Source of the DNA: Candidatus Omnitrophota bacterium | Lineage (GTDB): Bacteria > Omnitrophota > Gorgyraeia > Duberdicusellales > Duberdicusellaceae | Reading direction: 5' to 3' | Assembly: GCA_016932855.1 (NCBI GenBank) | Contig: JAFGCB010000027.1 | Span: 2,721-66,720 of the forward strand | Length of the DNA: 64,000 nt | Shown: piece after piece, positions 29,486-38,490 of the stretch | Numbering within the stretch: position 1 is the stretch's first letter | How the letters are laid out: the number at the start of each line of letters is the position of its first letter | Notes under the pieces: generated by a model | Told to the model about the DNA's origin: nothing | What the model saw: the letters and a program-made list of their open reading frames with translations, nothing else | The model's database searches: none | Program-made: the position numbers and the translations under genes

Positions 29486-30511
29486 ATGCAGGAAAAATTT
29501 AATGTCATAAAACAGGAGGCCCAAGAGGCTATAAGAAAGGTAAGTTCCTTGGCGGAGCTCGAGGAAGCTAGGGTTAGGTTTTTGGGACGAAAGTCCAAGC
29601 TCGCTTCTTTAAGCGCAACATTCTCTGGCCTGGAGCCTTCCCAGCGCCCGGAAGCCGGCAGGCTTTTTAATGAGGTCAAGGTTTTTATAGCTGGAATTTT
29701 GGAAGAAAAGAAAAAGACATTTAGTTTTTCTAAAGAGCGCATTGATATCACCTTTCCTTCCAAAAAAACCGATACAGCAACCAAGCATCCTTTAAGCAGC
29801 GTGGTCAGAACAATGTGCCATATTTTTGAGGCTATAGGCTTTGAAATACAGGAGGGAGCTGAAATTGAGGATGAGTGGTATAATTTTCAGGCCTTAAATA
29901 TACCCTTGGAGCATCCCTCCCGGGATGCCTTTGATACTTTTTACCTGGATTTACCGGCTCAAGGTAAATACAAATATCTTTTAAGAAGCCACACCTCTCC
30001 TTCCCAGATACGCCTCATGAAAAAACGAAAGCCGCCTTTGGCTTTCGTGGTCCCCGGCAGAGTTTACCGGCCTGATAATGTAGACGCTTCGCATTCTTTC
30101 ATGTTTCATCAGGTAGAAGGGTTTGCGGTAGATCGGGATATAACTTTCGCTCATTTAAAAGGCACGCTTCTTTATTTTGCCAAGCACATGTTTTTAGATG
30201 AAGCTAAGCTCAGATTCCGGCCTCACTTTTTCCCTTTTACCGAGCCTTCGGCGGAAGTAGACATTTCATGTATTATTTGTAGAGGCAAAGGCTGTTCCGT
30301 ATGCAAGAGGACAGGCTGGCTGGAAATTCTGGGCTGCGGAATGATCCACCCCAATGTTTTAAAAGCCTGCGGGATTGATTCGAAGAAATATCAAGGCTTC
30401 GCCTTCGGGATGGGCGTAGAGAGAATAGCTATGCTTAAGTACGGGATAAACGACATAAGATTATTTTTTGAAAATGACTTAAGGTTTCTTAGGCAGTTCT
30501 ATGAAGTTTAG
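29486..30511 (+). CDS. pheS: Phenylalanine--tRNA ligase alpha subunit
   Basis: 341 aa; class II motifs (HPSRDAFDTFYL; FRPHFFPFTEPSAEVD; GFAFGMGVERIAML). Confidence 0.95.
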   Translation: MQEKFNVIKQEAQEAIRKVSSLAELEEARVRFLGRKSKLASLSATFSGLEPSQRPEAGRLFNEVKVFIAGILEEKKKTFSFSKERIDITFPSKKTDTATKHPLSSVVRTMCHIFEAIGFEIQEGAEIEDEWYNFQALNIPLEHPSRDAFDTFYLDLPAQGKYKYLLRSHTSPSQIRLMKKRKPPLAFVVPGRVYRPDNVDASHSFMFHQVEGFAVDRDITFAHLKGTLLYFAKHMFLDEAKLRFRPHFFPFTEPSAEVDISCIICRGKGCSVCKRTGWLEILGCGMIHPNVLKACGIDSKKYQGFAFGMGVERIAMLKYGINDIRLFFENDLRFLRQFYEV

Positions 30512-32504
30512 TCTGGATTTTATCAAGGAATTTGTAGAAGTAAAGGTTTCGCCTGAAAAGATAGCAAGCCTTCTTACTATGTCCGGCCTGGAGATAGTAT
30601 CGACCGAGAAGGTCGGCTCCGATACAAGCTTTGAAGCAGAAGTCACTTCTAACAGACCGGATCTTTTATCTATTGCAGGCATAGCTTATGAAGTCGGCGC
30701 CCTTCTGGGCAAAAAATCTAAGCTCGCCCTGAAGAAGGTGCCCAAACAGCCGGTTTTCAATATCCCCATAGTAATAGAAAGCAGAAAAGACTGTCCTTGC
30801 TATTTTGGACGTTTGATAAAAGGAGTAAAGATAGAACCTTCCCCTAAGTGGCTTAGGCAAGTTCTTAAATCCTGCGGCATAGCCAGCGTAAATAATGTGG
30901 TGGACATCACTAATTATTGCATGCTTAAATGGGGCCAGCCTCTGCATGCTTTTGACTTAAGCAAGGTAGAGGAAAAAATAATCGTAAGAAGAGCCTATCC
31001 TCAAGAGAAGCTTATTTGCATAGATAACAAGGAAAGGATTTTAAATCCTGAGGCCCTGGTTATTGCCGACAAAAAGTCGGTCCTGGCTTTAGCCGGGGTT
31101 ATGGGAGGCAAAAATTCGGAAGTCCTAAGTTCCACCCGGGACATATTTTTAGAGGCGGCTATTTTTTCTCCGATTTTAGTAAGAAGAGCCAGGCGTTTCC
31201 TGGGCATAAACACAGAGTCATCTTACAGGTTTGAGCGCGGAGTTAATCCTGTTTATCTTGAGCAGGCTTCCTGGGAGGCCGCCTATCTGATAGGCAAATT
31301 AGCCAAAGGAAAAATTTCCGGCTGCAAGAAAGCGGGCAGCTTGCCCTTGGTTCGAAGGCCTTGGATAAAATTTGAAGTGGACCGAATGAACGGGTTTTTA
31401 GGAACCCAGATAAAGCAAGCCAAGGCCGGAAAGATTCTTAATGACCTTAATTTTGAAATCGAAAAGAAAAAGACCTGTTTTTTAGTCAAGGCCCCTTCTT
31501 TTCGTCAGGATATAAAGGCCTCCCAGGATTTATATGAAGAAGTAGTCAGGATTTGGGGTTACCACAACATAAAGGAAAGCCTTCCTCTGATAAGAAAAGA
31601 AATTAGAAAAGAGGAGTCTTTTTATAAATTCAAAGAGAGCATTCGCTCAAAAGCAATATGCCTAGGCTTTAAGGAAGTAGTAACTTTTAGCATAATACCC
31701 AGAAAGAACGTCCTGTCCGATTTTCTGCAAGAGCCTGTTAAGACAAGGGGATTTTTTTCTTCGTCCGGAGTGACTATCACCAATCCTTTGAGGCTGGAGG
31801 AAGATTTATTAAGGCCTTTAATATTTCCGGGGATGCTCGAAGTCCTGCGCTACAATGTCTACAGAAAAGAGCGAAGCCTTAAGTTTTTTGAAATAGCAGA
31901 CAGCTACGTGCTCAAAGACAATTCTTTTCGGGAGACCGCGAAACTGTGTCTAGGCTGGCATTCAGATACGATCGATGATTTTTACGCCTTCAAGGGGAAG
32001 GCGGAGTTCTTTTTAAAGGCCTTGGGTATAGAGAACCCGCATATTTGCGAAGAGGAAAATCCTTTGTTTTCAAATTTTTGCTCTATAGATGATTTTGCTT
32101 GGGTTGGCGTATTGCGCAGTGACGTAGCAGAAAAAATAGACTTAGCAAAGGTGTTCTTAGCTGAGTTTGATTTGGAAAAAATTTCTAAAAAGGCTAAAGA
32201 AGTCCTGTTCGAAGAGATTAATTACCTGCCTTGGGTGGAGCGGGACATAAGCCTGGCCCTAAGAGAGGATATAAGATTTAAAGAAATAGAGACAATAATC
32301 AAAAATAAAACAGCCTCCCTTTTTAGAAGCCTCGAGGTAACGGATGTCTATAAGGGAGAAAAAATACCTAGGGGATTTACCGGGTTTACCCTAAGAATTT
32401 TTTATCAGCATAAAACCAAGACCTTAGAGGCTCAGGAAGTCGACAGCGTGCATTTTAGCCTAAGGGCGGAATTATCTAAGCTAGACGGCTTGCTCTTGCG
32501 CTAA
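30501..32504 (+). CDS. pheT: Phenylalanine--tRNA ligase beta subunit (short form)
   Basis: 667 aa; N-terminus MKFSLDFIKEFVEV aligns to the PheT start, with B3/4 and B5 domains. Shorter than the ~800 aa canonical form. Confidence 0.85.
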   Translation: MKFSLDFIKEFVEVKVSPEKIASLLTMSGLEIVSTEKVGSDTSFEAEVTSNRPDLLSIAGIAYEVGALLGKKSKLALKKVPKQPVFNIPIVIESRKDCPCYFGRLIKGVKIEPSPKWLRQVLKSCGIASVNNVVDITNYCMLKWGQPLHAFDLSKVEEKIIVRRAYPQEKLICIDNKERILNPEALVIADKKSVLALAGVMGGKNSEVLSSTRDIFLEAAIFSPILVRRARRFLGINTESSYRFERGVNPVYLEQASWEAAYLIGKLAKGKISGCKKAGSLPLVRRPWIKFEVDRMNGFLGTQIKQAKAGKILNDLNFEIEKKKTCFLVKAPSFRQDIKASQDLYEEVVRIWGYHNIKESLPLIRKEIRKEESFYKFKESIRSKAICLGFKEVVTFSIIPRKNVLSDFLQEPVKTRGFFSSSGVTITNPLRLEEDLLRPLIFPGMLEVLRYNVYRKERSLKFFEIADSYVLKDNSFRETAKLCLGWHSDTIDDFYAFKGKAEFFLKALGIENPHICEEENPLFSNFCSIDDFAWVGVLRSDVAEKIDLAKVFLAEFDLEKISKKAKEVLFEEINYLPWVERDISLALREDIRFKEIETIIKNKTASLFRSLEVTDVYKGEKIPRGFTGFTLRIFYQHKTKTLEAQEVDSVHFSLRAELSKLDGLLLR

Positions 32505-32529
32505 ATCGGCCCCCCCGGGGTTAAAGCTG

Positions 32530-32557
32530 TTGACAGGCTTATTAAGGTCTGTATAAT
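32530..32557 (+). promoter_or_regulatory. Consensus sigma-70-type promoter (TTGACA-N16-TATAAT) upstream of tRNA-Glu
   Basis: TTGACA at 32530-32535, TATAAT at 32552-32557, 38 nt before the tRNA 5' end. Confidence 0.55.
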
Positions 32558-32595
32558 GGGGAATCCACACGAAATTTAAAATTAATTTAAGCAAT

Positions 32596-32670
32596 GTCCC
32601 CATCGTCTAGCCCGGTTTAGGACATCGCCCTTTCACGGCGACGGCGCCGGTTCAAATCCGGCTGGGGACG
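32596..32670 (+). tRNA. tRNA-Glu (anticodon TTC)
   Basis: Acceptor GTCCCCA/TGGGGAC, anticodon loop CTTTCAC, T-loop GCCGG-TTCAAAT-CCGGC. Confidence 0.85.
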
Positions 32671-32718
32671 CTCTCCGCAAGAAATTTTAAAAGTATAAAT
32701 GAAAAAATTTAAATTTTT

Positions 32719-33975
32719 ATGAATAAGAAATTCAAATGGCTGTATCCCGGTATAAGGATTAAGCGCTGGATTTCTCTTAGTGCTCTGGGCGTGGCTTTGT
32801 TGATCATAGGAGTGGTCAAGCTTGTTTATGACAGCATGCCAGTGGTTAGAAAGCTGGACATGCTGGTTATTTTTTTGGGGGCCGCTCTTATTATTGCCGG
32901 CATAAGGAGCATGGTTAAATCTATTTTAAGCATTTTTTCTTCTTTGCCCGGAAAAGACTTGGTCGATGTAATATATAAGAAGAGATATCTTGAACGGGGG
33001 CCGAAAATAGTAACCATAGGCGGCGGCCACGGCTTGGCGGCTCTTCTTATGGGGTTAAAAGAACACACCACAAACTTGATTGCTGTTGTTACCGTGGCTG
33101 ATAGCGGCGGATCATCAGGAAGACTTCGCCAGGAATTCGATATGCTTCCGCCCGGCGACATACGCAATTGCTTAGTTTCTTTAGCGGACGCGCCTTCGCT
33201 GATGGGTGAACTTTTTCAGTTTCGCTTTAAGGAAGATTCGGAGCTAAAAGGCCATAACTTCGGCAACCTTTTTATTACCGCCATGACCCAGCTTACCGGC
33301 GACTTTAAAAGGGCGGTAGAGGAATCGAGCAGGGTCCTGGCAATCAGAGGCAAGGTTCTTCCTTCCACCCTGCACAAGGTAAGTTTAATCGCCGAGTATA
33401 AGGACGGTTCTTTTATTGAAGGAGAGGCAACGATCCCAGAAAAAAAATTGCCTATTTCGCGGGTCTATCTTAAATCTATAGAGCCTGGTTCCGGCGAAAT
33501 CAAGCCTACTCTTGAGGCGATTGAGGCTATACGAGAAGCCCAGATTATTGTCATAGGACCCGGCAGCTTATATACCAGCATTCTTCCCAATCTCGTGATA
33601 AAAGACATTACCCGGGCCATTGTTGAATCATCAGCGCTTAAGATATACGTCTGTAATGTAATGACTCAGCACGGCGAAACAGACAACTACACCGCCTCCG
33701 AACATCTTAAAACCCTGCTTAAGCATACCCACCCCAAAATAGTAGATTATTGTGTCATAAACAATAAAATGCCCGATAAAAATATACTTGTTAAGTACCA
33801 GCAGGAAAAATCCTTTCCCGCAAAGGCTGATGTTTCGGAAATTAAAAAGATGGGATATCGGGTAATACAGGGCGATCTTGTCCATACCACGGATTTTGTG
33901 CGGCACGATTCCGGGAAACTTGCCAAAAGTATCATAGAGGCGTTTCGTAAAGAGGCCATTCAAAGAGCAATCTAG
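32719..33975 (+). CDS. YvcK/CofD-like gluconeogenesis factor family protein (UPF0052) with N-terminal two-TM extension
   Basis: GGGHGLAALL, VADSGGSSGRLR, LPPGDIRNCLVSLAD and FGNLFITA are YvcK hallmarks. The first ~70 aa contain two hydrophobic helices. Confidence 0.8.
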   Translation: MNKKFKWLYPGIRIKRWISLSALGVALLIIGVVKLVYDSMPVVRKLDMLVIFLGAALIIAGIRSMVKSILSIFSSLPGKDLVDVIYKKRYLERGPKIVTIGGGHGLAALLMGLKEHTTNLIAVVTVADSGGSSGRLRQEFDMLPPGDIRNCLVSLADAPSLMGELFQFRFKEDSELKGHNFGNLFITAMTQLTGDFKRAVEESSRVLAIRGKVLPSTLHKVSLIAEYKDGSFIEGEATIPEKKLPISRVYLKSIEPGSGEIKPTLEAIEAIREAQIIVIGPGSLYTSILPNLVIKDITRAIVESSALKIYVCNVMTQHGETDNYTASEHLKTLLKHTHPKIVDYCVINNKMPDKNILVKYQQEKSFPAKADVSEIKKMGYRVIQGDLVHTTDFVRHDSGKLAKSIIEAFRKEAIQRAI

Positions 33976-33982
33976 CCTTAAA

Positions 33983-34106
33983 ATGACAAATCGGTTCCAA
34001 GGCCCCAATATCAAATACTACCAATACTACCAAATAAATCCTAAGCTCCAAATCCCAACAGATTTTGGATTTGGGATTTGGTAGTATTGGGATTTTGAAT
34101 TTACTT
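33983..34106. repeat. Palindromic MITE/REP-like intergenic repeat, family 1 copy B
   Basis: ATGACAAAT...CCAATACTACC x2...CCAAATCCCAAC-AGATTT-TGGATTTGGGATTTGG-GGTAGTATTGG-GATTTT. Shares the core and the GGTAGT(A/G)TTGGGATTT arm with copy A at 7926-8040. Ends at the rsmI start codon. Confidence 0.6.
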
Positions 34107-34787
34107 ATGCTGTATATCGTTGCTACCCCCATAGGCAACCTGGAAGACATAACCTTAAGAGCCCTGCGCGTTCTTCGGGAAGCAGACTATATTCTAGTTG
34201 AAGATACCCGCAGAGCCGGACTTTTTATGAAACACTTTAACTTGCAGGGAAAAAGGCTTGTAAGTTTCTATGAGCACAACGAAGAAGAAAAAATTCCCAG
34301 AGTCATCGAATACTTAAAGCAGGCAAAGGTCGTAGCTCTTTTGTCCGGGTCCGGCATGCCTTTGGTTTCCGACCCGGGTTTTAGATTGGTCAAAGAATGC
34401 ATAGAGCAGAAGTTGCCTTTTACTTGTGTGCCCGGGGCGTCTTCGCTTGTCAATGCTTTGGTTTTATCGGGATGCGCTTGCGACAGCTTTATGTTTCTGG
34501 GGTTTTTGCCTAAGAAAAAGGGCAAACGCCTGAAGAAAATAGAAGATGTCAAAAACCTTGGCCGTACGACCATAATATTTGAAAGCCCCTACAGACTCAC
34601 AAAGACCCTTTTAGAATTAAAACAGGCTCTCGGCGATAAATATTGTTGTGTTTGCAGGGAAATGACTAAAGTTTACGAGGAGGCCATCCGGGGCAGGCTG
34701 TCAGAGGTAATAGATAAACTTTCCGGAAAGAAGATAAGAGGAGAATGTACCCTGGTTTTGCAGGCCGGCGATAAAAGGCCTTTTTAA
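34107..34787 (+). CDS. rsmI: 16S rRNA (cytidine1402-2'-O)-methyltransferase
   Basis: MLYIVATPIGNLEDITLRALRVL...SDPGF; tetrapyrrole-methylase fold. The track ORF start at 34065 reads into the repeat; ATG at 34107 preferred. Confidence 0.85.
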   Translation: MLYIVATPIGNLEDITLRALRVLREADYILVEDTRRAGLFMKHFNLQGKRLVSFYEHNEEEKIPRVIEYLKQAKVVALLSGSGMPLVSDPGFRLVKECIEQKLPFTCVPGASSLVNALVLSGCACDSFMFLGFLPKKKGKRLKKIEDVKNLGRTTIIFESPYRLTKTLLELKQALGDKYCCVCREMTKVYEEAIRGRLSEVIDKLSGKKIRGECTLVLQAGDKRPF

Positions 34788-34816
34788 TCAAGGCTTTTTA
34801 AGCCTGTAAATAAGCC

Positions 34817-34845
34817 TTGACAAACTAATTAATTTAGACTAAACT
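34817..34845 (+). promoter_or_regulatory. Sigma-70-type promoter of the pyr operon (TTGACA-N17-TAAACT)
   Basis: TTGACA at 34817-34822, TAAACT at 34840-34845. Confidence 0.55.
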
Positions 34846-34862
34846 TTATGAAACCTTTAATC

Positions 34863-34884
34863 TGGTCCAGAGAGGCCAGGAAGG
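34863..34884 (+). promoter_or_regulatory. PyrR-binding loop (anti-antiterminator) TGGTCCAGAGAGGCCAGGAAGG
   Basis: Near-identical to the Bacillus PyrR binding-loop consensus UCCAGAGAGGCU..GAAGG. Confidence 0.7.
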
Positions 34885-34921
34885 AAAATTATGAAGAAAA
34901 TAGAGAAATACTATTATAAGA

Positions 34922-34952
34922 CCCACCTTGGAAAAAAGGTGGGATTTTTTTT
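34922..34952 (+). terminator. pyr attenuator intrinsic terminator (CCCACC-loop-GGTGGG + T8)
   Basis: CCCACCTTGGAAAAAAGGTGGGATTTTTTTT, located 37 nt downstream of the PyrR binding loop. Confidence 0.7.
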
Positions 34953-35116
34953 AAGTGAGGCCCGGACTTATGGAGGAGAAATGACGAACATAAGTACGTC
35001 AGTCGAACTTACCCCACACCTTTGAAGTATTCAGCGGGAATAAGACAAAGGTGCGGGGCTAATTCGCTCATATAACTTACGCTCCCTTTGGCCGCATAAG
35101 TTATGAGCTCATTAAC

Positions 35117-35668
35117 ATGGAGTATAAAGAAAAATCTAAAATCATAGATTCCCAGGAGATATGCCGAGCCTTGAAAAGGCTTGCCCATCAAATTCTTGAG
35201 AAGAATCCCAATCCCGCGAATTTAGCCCTTATCGGCATTCAGCGCCGGGGAGTATTTTTAGCAAAAAGAATACAAGATATAATTTCCCATATAAAGCATG
35301 TGGATGTCCCCCTGGGAGTTATTGATATCACTCTTTACAGGGACGATTTAACAGCCGTGGGTCCGGCTCCTCTGGTAAGGCAGACCCAGATAGAGTTCGA
35401 CATAAGCACCAAGGTGGTGGTGCTGGTGGATGATGTTCTATACACAGGAAGAACCATAAGATGCGCTTTAGACGAGATTATGGACTTTGGAAGGCCCAAG
35501 AGGATAGAGCTGGCAGTATTAATAGACAGGGGGCATCGGGAACTCCCGATACGAGCTGATTTTGTGGGAAAGAATATACCCACAGCCTCTTCCGAAGTGG
35601 TTGAGGTAAAAGTTCAGGAGCTAGACGGAAAAGACGAGGTAGTGATTCTAGAAAAAAACAATGAGTGA
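35117..35668 (+). CDS. pyrR: Bifunctional pyrimidine operon regulator / uracil phosphoribosyltransferase PyrR
   Basis: 183 aa; PRTase motif [18 protein letters not shown]; typical PyrR length. Confidence 0.9.
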   Translation: MEYKEKSKIIDSQEICRALKRLAHQILEKNPNPANLALIGIQRRGVFLAKRIQDIISHIKHVDVPLGVIDITLYRDDLTAVGPAPLVRQTQIEFDISTKVVVLVDDVLYTGRTIRCALDEIMDFGRPKRIELAVLIDRGHRELPIRADFVGKNIPTASSEVVEVKVQELDGKDEVVILEKNNE

Positions 35669-36602
35669 GTGGAGTAGAAAACACTTATTGGGTTTAAGCG
35701 AAATGAGCAAAGAAGAAATTGAGGCCATACTTGATTCGGCAAAGGCTTTTAAAGAAATATCTAAGAGGCAGGTAAAGAAGGTGCCGGCCTTGCGGGGCAA
35801 GACCGTGGTGAACCTGTTTTTTGAAGCTTCTACCAGAACCAAAACTTCCTTTGAGCTGGCAGCCAAAAGATTAAGCGCCGATGTAGTTAATTTTTCTTCG
35901 AAGGGCAGCTCCCTTGAGAAGGGAGAAACTATTTTAGATACCTTAAGGAATCTGGAGGCTTATTCCGTGGATATATTTGTAATCCGGCACAACCATTCCA
36001 AGGCCCCTTTTTATCTTTCCACGCGCACCCAGGCTTCGGTGATAAACGCCGGAGATGGTCTTAACGAACACCCTACCCAGGCTCTTTTAGACATGTTTAC
36101 GGTGCGGGAAAGGCTGGGAAAGCTTAAGGGTTTGAAGGTGGCTATAGTAGGAGACATTCTTCATTCCCGGGTTGCCCGTTCAAATATATGGGGTTTTAGT
36201 AAATTTTCATCCCAGGTCTGGGTCTGTGCTCCGCCTACCCTTATCCCCAAATACTACAGCTGCCTTCCGGTAAAAATCACCTATTCTTTAAAGGAGGCCC
36301 TTTCCGGAGCCGACGTAGTAATAATGCTGCGAGTTCAAAAAGAGCGCCAGAGCCAGATGTTTTTCCCCTCCCAGCGGGAGTACAGCGAGTTTTTCTCTTT
36401 GAACGAGGAAAACGCTAAATTATTAAAAGAGCATTCTTTAGTGATGCATCCCGGGCCGGTAAACTGGGACGTAGAGATAGCCTCTTGCTTAAAGGAGAAA
36501 GTACAGAATCTTATTTTGGAGCAGGTCAATAACGGTCTGGCGGTGAGAATGGCGGTTCTTTATCTTTTGAGTATAGGAAAAAAATATGAAGTTGGTAGTT
36601 AA
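35661..36602 (+). CDS. pyrB: Aspartate carbamoyltransferase catalytic subunit
   Basis: [23 protein letters not shown] motifs. Confidence 0.9.
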   Translation: MSEWSRKHLLGLSEMSKEEIEAILDSAKAFKEISKRQVKKVPALRGKTVVNLFFEASTRTKTSFELAAKRLSADVVNFSSKGSSLEKGETILDTLRNLEAYSVDIFVIRHNHSKAPFYLSTRTQASVINAGDGLNEHPTQALLDMFTVRERLGKLKGLKVAIVGDILHSRVARSNIWGFSKFSSQVWVCAPPTLIPKYYSCLPVKITYSLKEALSGADVVIMLRVQKERQSQMFFPSQREYSEFFSLNEENAKLLKEHSLVMHPGPVNWDVEIASCLKEKVQNLILEQVNNGLAVRMAVLYLLSIGKKYEVGS

Positions 36603-37875
36603 GGGAGCCAGGATAGTAAGCCCCAGCGAGATTGCCGAGAATGACATTCTTATCGAAAACGGTCTTATTAAGAAAATCGCAAAGGATATAAAAGATCCTT
36701 CGGCAAAAACCCTCGACGCCAGGGGCAAGTATGCTCTGCCGGGTTTTATTGACATGCATACTCATCTTCGTACCCCCGGCAGGGAAGACGAGGAGACGAT
36801 AGAGACAGGCTCCAGGGCAGCGGTTAAAGGCGGCTTTACTACCATTCTTTGTATGCCCAACACCGAACCGGCCATAGATAATTACGAGATAGCTTTAAGG
36901 ATAAGAAAGGAAGCGGAAAAAATCGGACTTTTAGACATATTTCCGGTGGGGGCGATTACTAAACAGAGACAAGGCAAAGAGCTTTCCGAATTCGGCCAGT
37001 TAAAAAAAGCAGGCTGCCTTGCTTTAAGCGATGACGGCTCGCCGGTAGAAGACCCTTCTCTTTTGCGAAAGGCTTTAGAGTACGCAAAGCTTTTCGATTT
37101 GCTGATTATTTCTCATTGCGAAGATTTGTCCTTGTCCGGCGGAGGAATACTTAGGGAATCAGAGCTTACCGCCAAATCGGGTTTTTCTTATATTCCCGAA
37201 ATAGCCGAGAGTGTTATTGTCGCCAGAGAGATAGAGCTTGCCAGGTTTTTAGAGGCGAAAATCCACCTTGCCCATATAAGCACAAATAGGTCGATCGAAT
37301 TAATCAAGAGGGCAAAAAAAGACGCTATAAGAGTAAGCGCTGAAAGCTGCCCTCATTATTTCTCTTTGAGCCTCGAGGATATAGCAAAGAATTTCGACAG
37401 TAATTATAAAGTAAACCCTCCCATAGGCACTAAAGAAGATAGGCAAGCCATATGCAAGGCTTTAGCTTCCGACATAATAGATTGTATTGCCACGGACCAC
37501 GCCCCTCATACCTTTCTGGAAAAAGAAGGCACTTTTTATGAGGCGGCTTTTGGAATGATAGGGCTTGAGACAGCCTTTGCTTTAAGCTTAAGGCTGGTAA
37601 AAGAAAGAATTATAAATTTAGAAAAACTCGCTGATAAATTGTCATACGCTCCTTCGCGGATTTTAGGCCTGTCTGATAGGGGGTTGATCGAAGAAGGCCG
37701 GCGCGCCGACATCGCCATTGTTGATTTGGATAAGACTTGGACGCTGACGGAAGAGAAGATCTCATCCAAGTCAAAAAACACTCCCTTTTTAAACCAGGCT
37801 TTCGAAGGTTGCGTAGAATATACCCTATATAAAGGTAAGATCGTCTATAAATACACAGATGATCACATTCGATAG
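36586..37875 (+). CDS. pyrC: Dihydroorotase (multimeric type)
   Basis: 429 aa; DMHTHLR metal-binding HxH, ...DHAPH... Stop codon lies inside repeat family 2 copy 1. Confidence 0.85.
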   Translation: MKLVVKGARIVSPSEIAENDILIENGLIKKIAKDIKDPSAKTLDARGKYALPGFIDMHTHLRTPGREDEETIETGSRAAVKGGFTTILCMPNTEPAIDNYEIALRIRKEAEKIGLLDIFPVGAITKQRQGKELSEFGQLKKAGCLALSDDGSPVEDPSLLRKALEYAKLFDLLIISHCEDLSLSGGGILRESELTAKSGFSYIPEIAESVIVAREIELARFLEAKIHLAHISTNRSIELIKRAKKDAIRVSAESCPHYFSLSLEDIAKNFDSNYKVNPPIGTKEDRQAICKALASDIIDCIATDHAPHTFLEKEGTFYEAAFGMIGLETAFALSLRLVKERIINLEKLADKLSYAPSRILGLSDRGLIEEGRRADIAIVDLDKTWTLTEEKISSKSKNTPFLNQAFEGCVEYTLYKGKIVYKYTDDHIR

Positions 37876-37967
37876 GGCCTCGGGCCTGGGGCGTGGGGTA
37901 TCGGGAAAAGAATTACGATGCCTGATAAGCGATACCCGATGCCCGGAATCCGTGGTCAGCCGCGGCC
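37853..37967. repeat. GC-rich palindromic repeat, family 2 copy 1 (ACACAGATGATCACATT ... GGGGTATCGGGAAAAGAATTACGATGCC ... CCCGATGCCC)
   Basis: ~75% identical to 39728-39835. Built from GGGTATCGGG / CCCGAT(A/G)CCC inverted modules. Ends at the ATG of the Mut7-C gene. Confidence 0.6.
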
Positions 37968-38420
37968 ATGAAGTTTATCCTTACCAAAGAACTGGGAAGG
38001 CTGGCAAGATGGCTTAGGATTTTAGGATTTGATGCCTTATACCAGAGAGAGGGTAATCAAACAAAAGTTTTGCTTTTGGCTTTGCGGGAAGGGCGGATAG
38101 TAATAACCAGAAACAAGGTTCTCTTTGACAAGATTTCCGCAAAAGCGGTTTACTTAAAAGAAGGGAAGCTTAAGGAGCAATTAAAAAAAACCATCAAGGC
38201 CTTAAACATAACCATAGACGAAGGTAAGATGTTTAGCCGCTGCGTTGTATGCAACAAGCCTCTGGTGGCCGTGGATAAGACTGACATTAAAGATAAAGTT
38301 CCGCCCTATGTAAATAAAACCCAGGACGAATTTTCCTGGTGTTCGCAGTGCCAGAAAGCTTACTGGCCGGGCTCGCATTGGGGAAATATACGGCGCTACT
38401 TTAAAGAATTAGGGCCTTAA
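37968..38420 (+). CDS. Mut7-C RNase domain protein (PF01927/DUF82; PIN-like N-domain + C-terminal zinc ribbon)
   Basis: 150 aa; N-terminal MKFILTKELGRLARWLRILGFD; C-terminal CVVCNKPL...CSQCQKAYWPGSHW zinc ribbon characteristic of Mut7-C. Confidence 0.6.
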   Translation: MKFILTKELGRLARWLRILGFDALYQREGNQTKVLLLALREGRIVITRNKVLFDKISAKAVYLKEGKLKEQLKKTIKALNITIDEGKMFSRCVVCNKPLVAVDKTDIKDKVPPYVNKTQDEFSWCSQCQKAYWPGSHWGNIRRYFKELGP

Positions 38421-38490
38421 ACGAAAAAGTAAAAATTAAAAACTTAGTAGGTATATTTTTAATATTTGATTTCTAATCTTTAATTTTACC

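Noticed and set aside
34065-34106. Track start for rsmI at 34065
   Set aside because: The first 14 codons read through repeat family 1 copy B; the canonical RsmI N-terminus MLYIVATPIGN begins at 34107.
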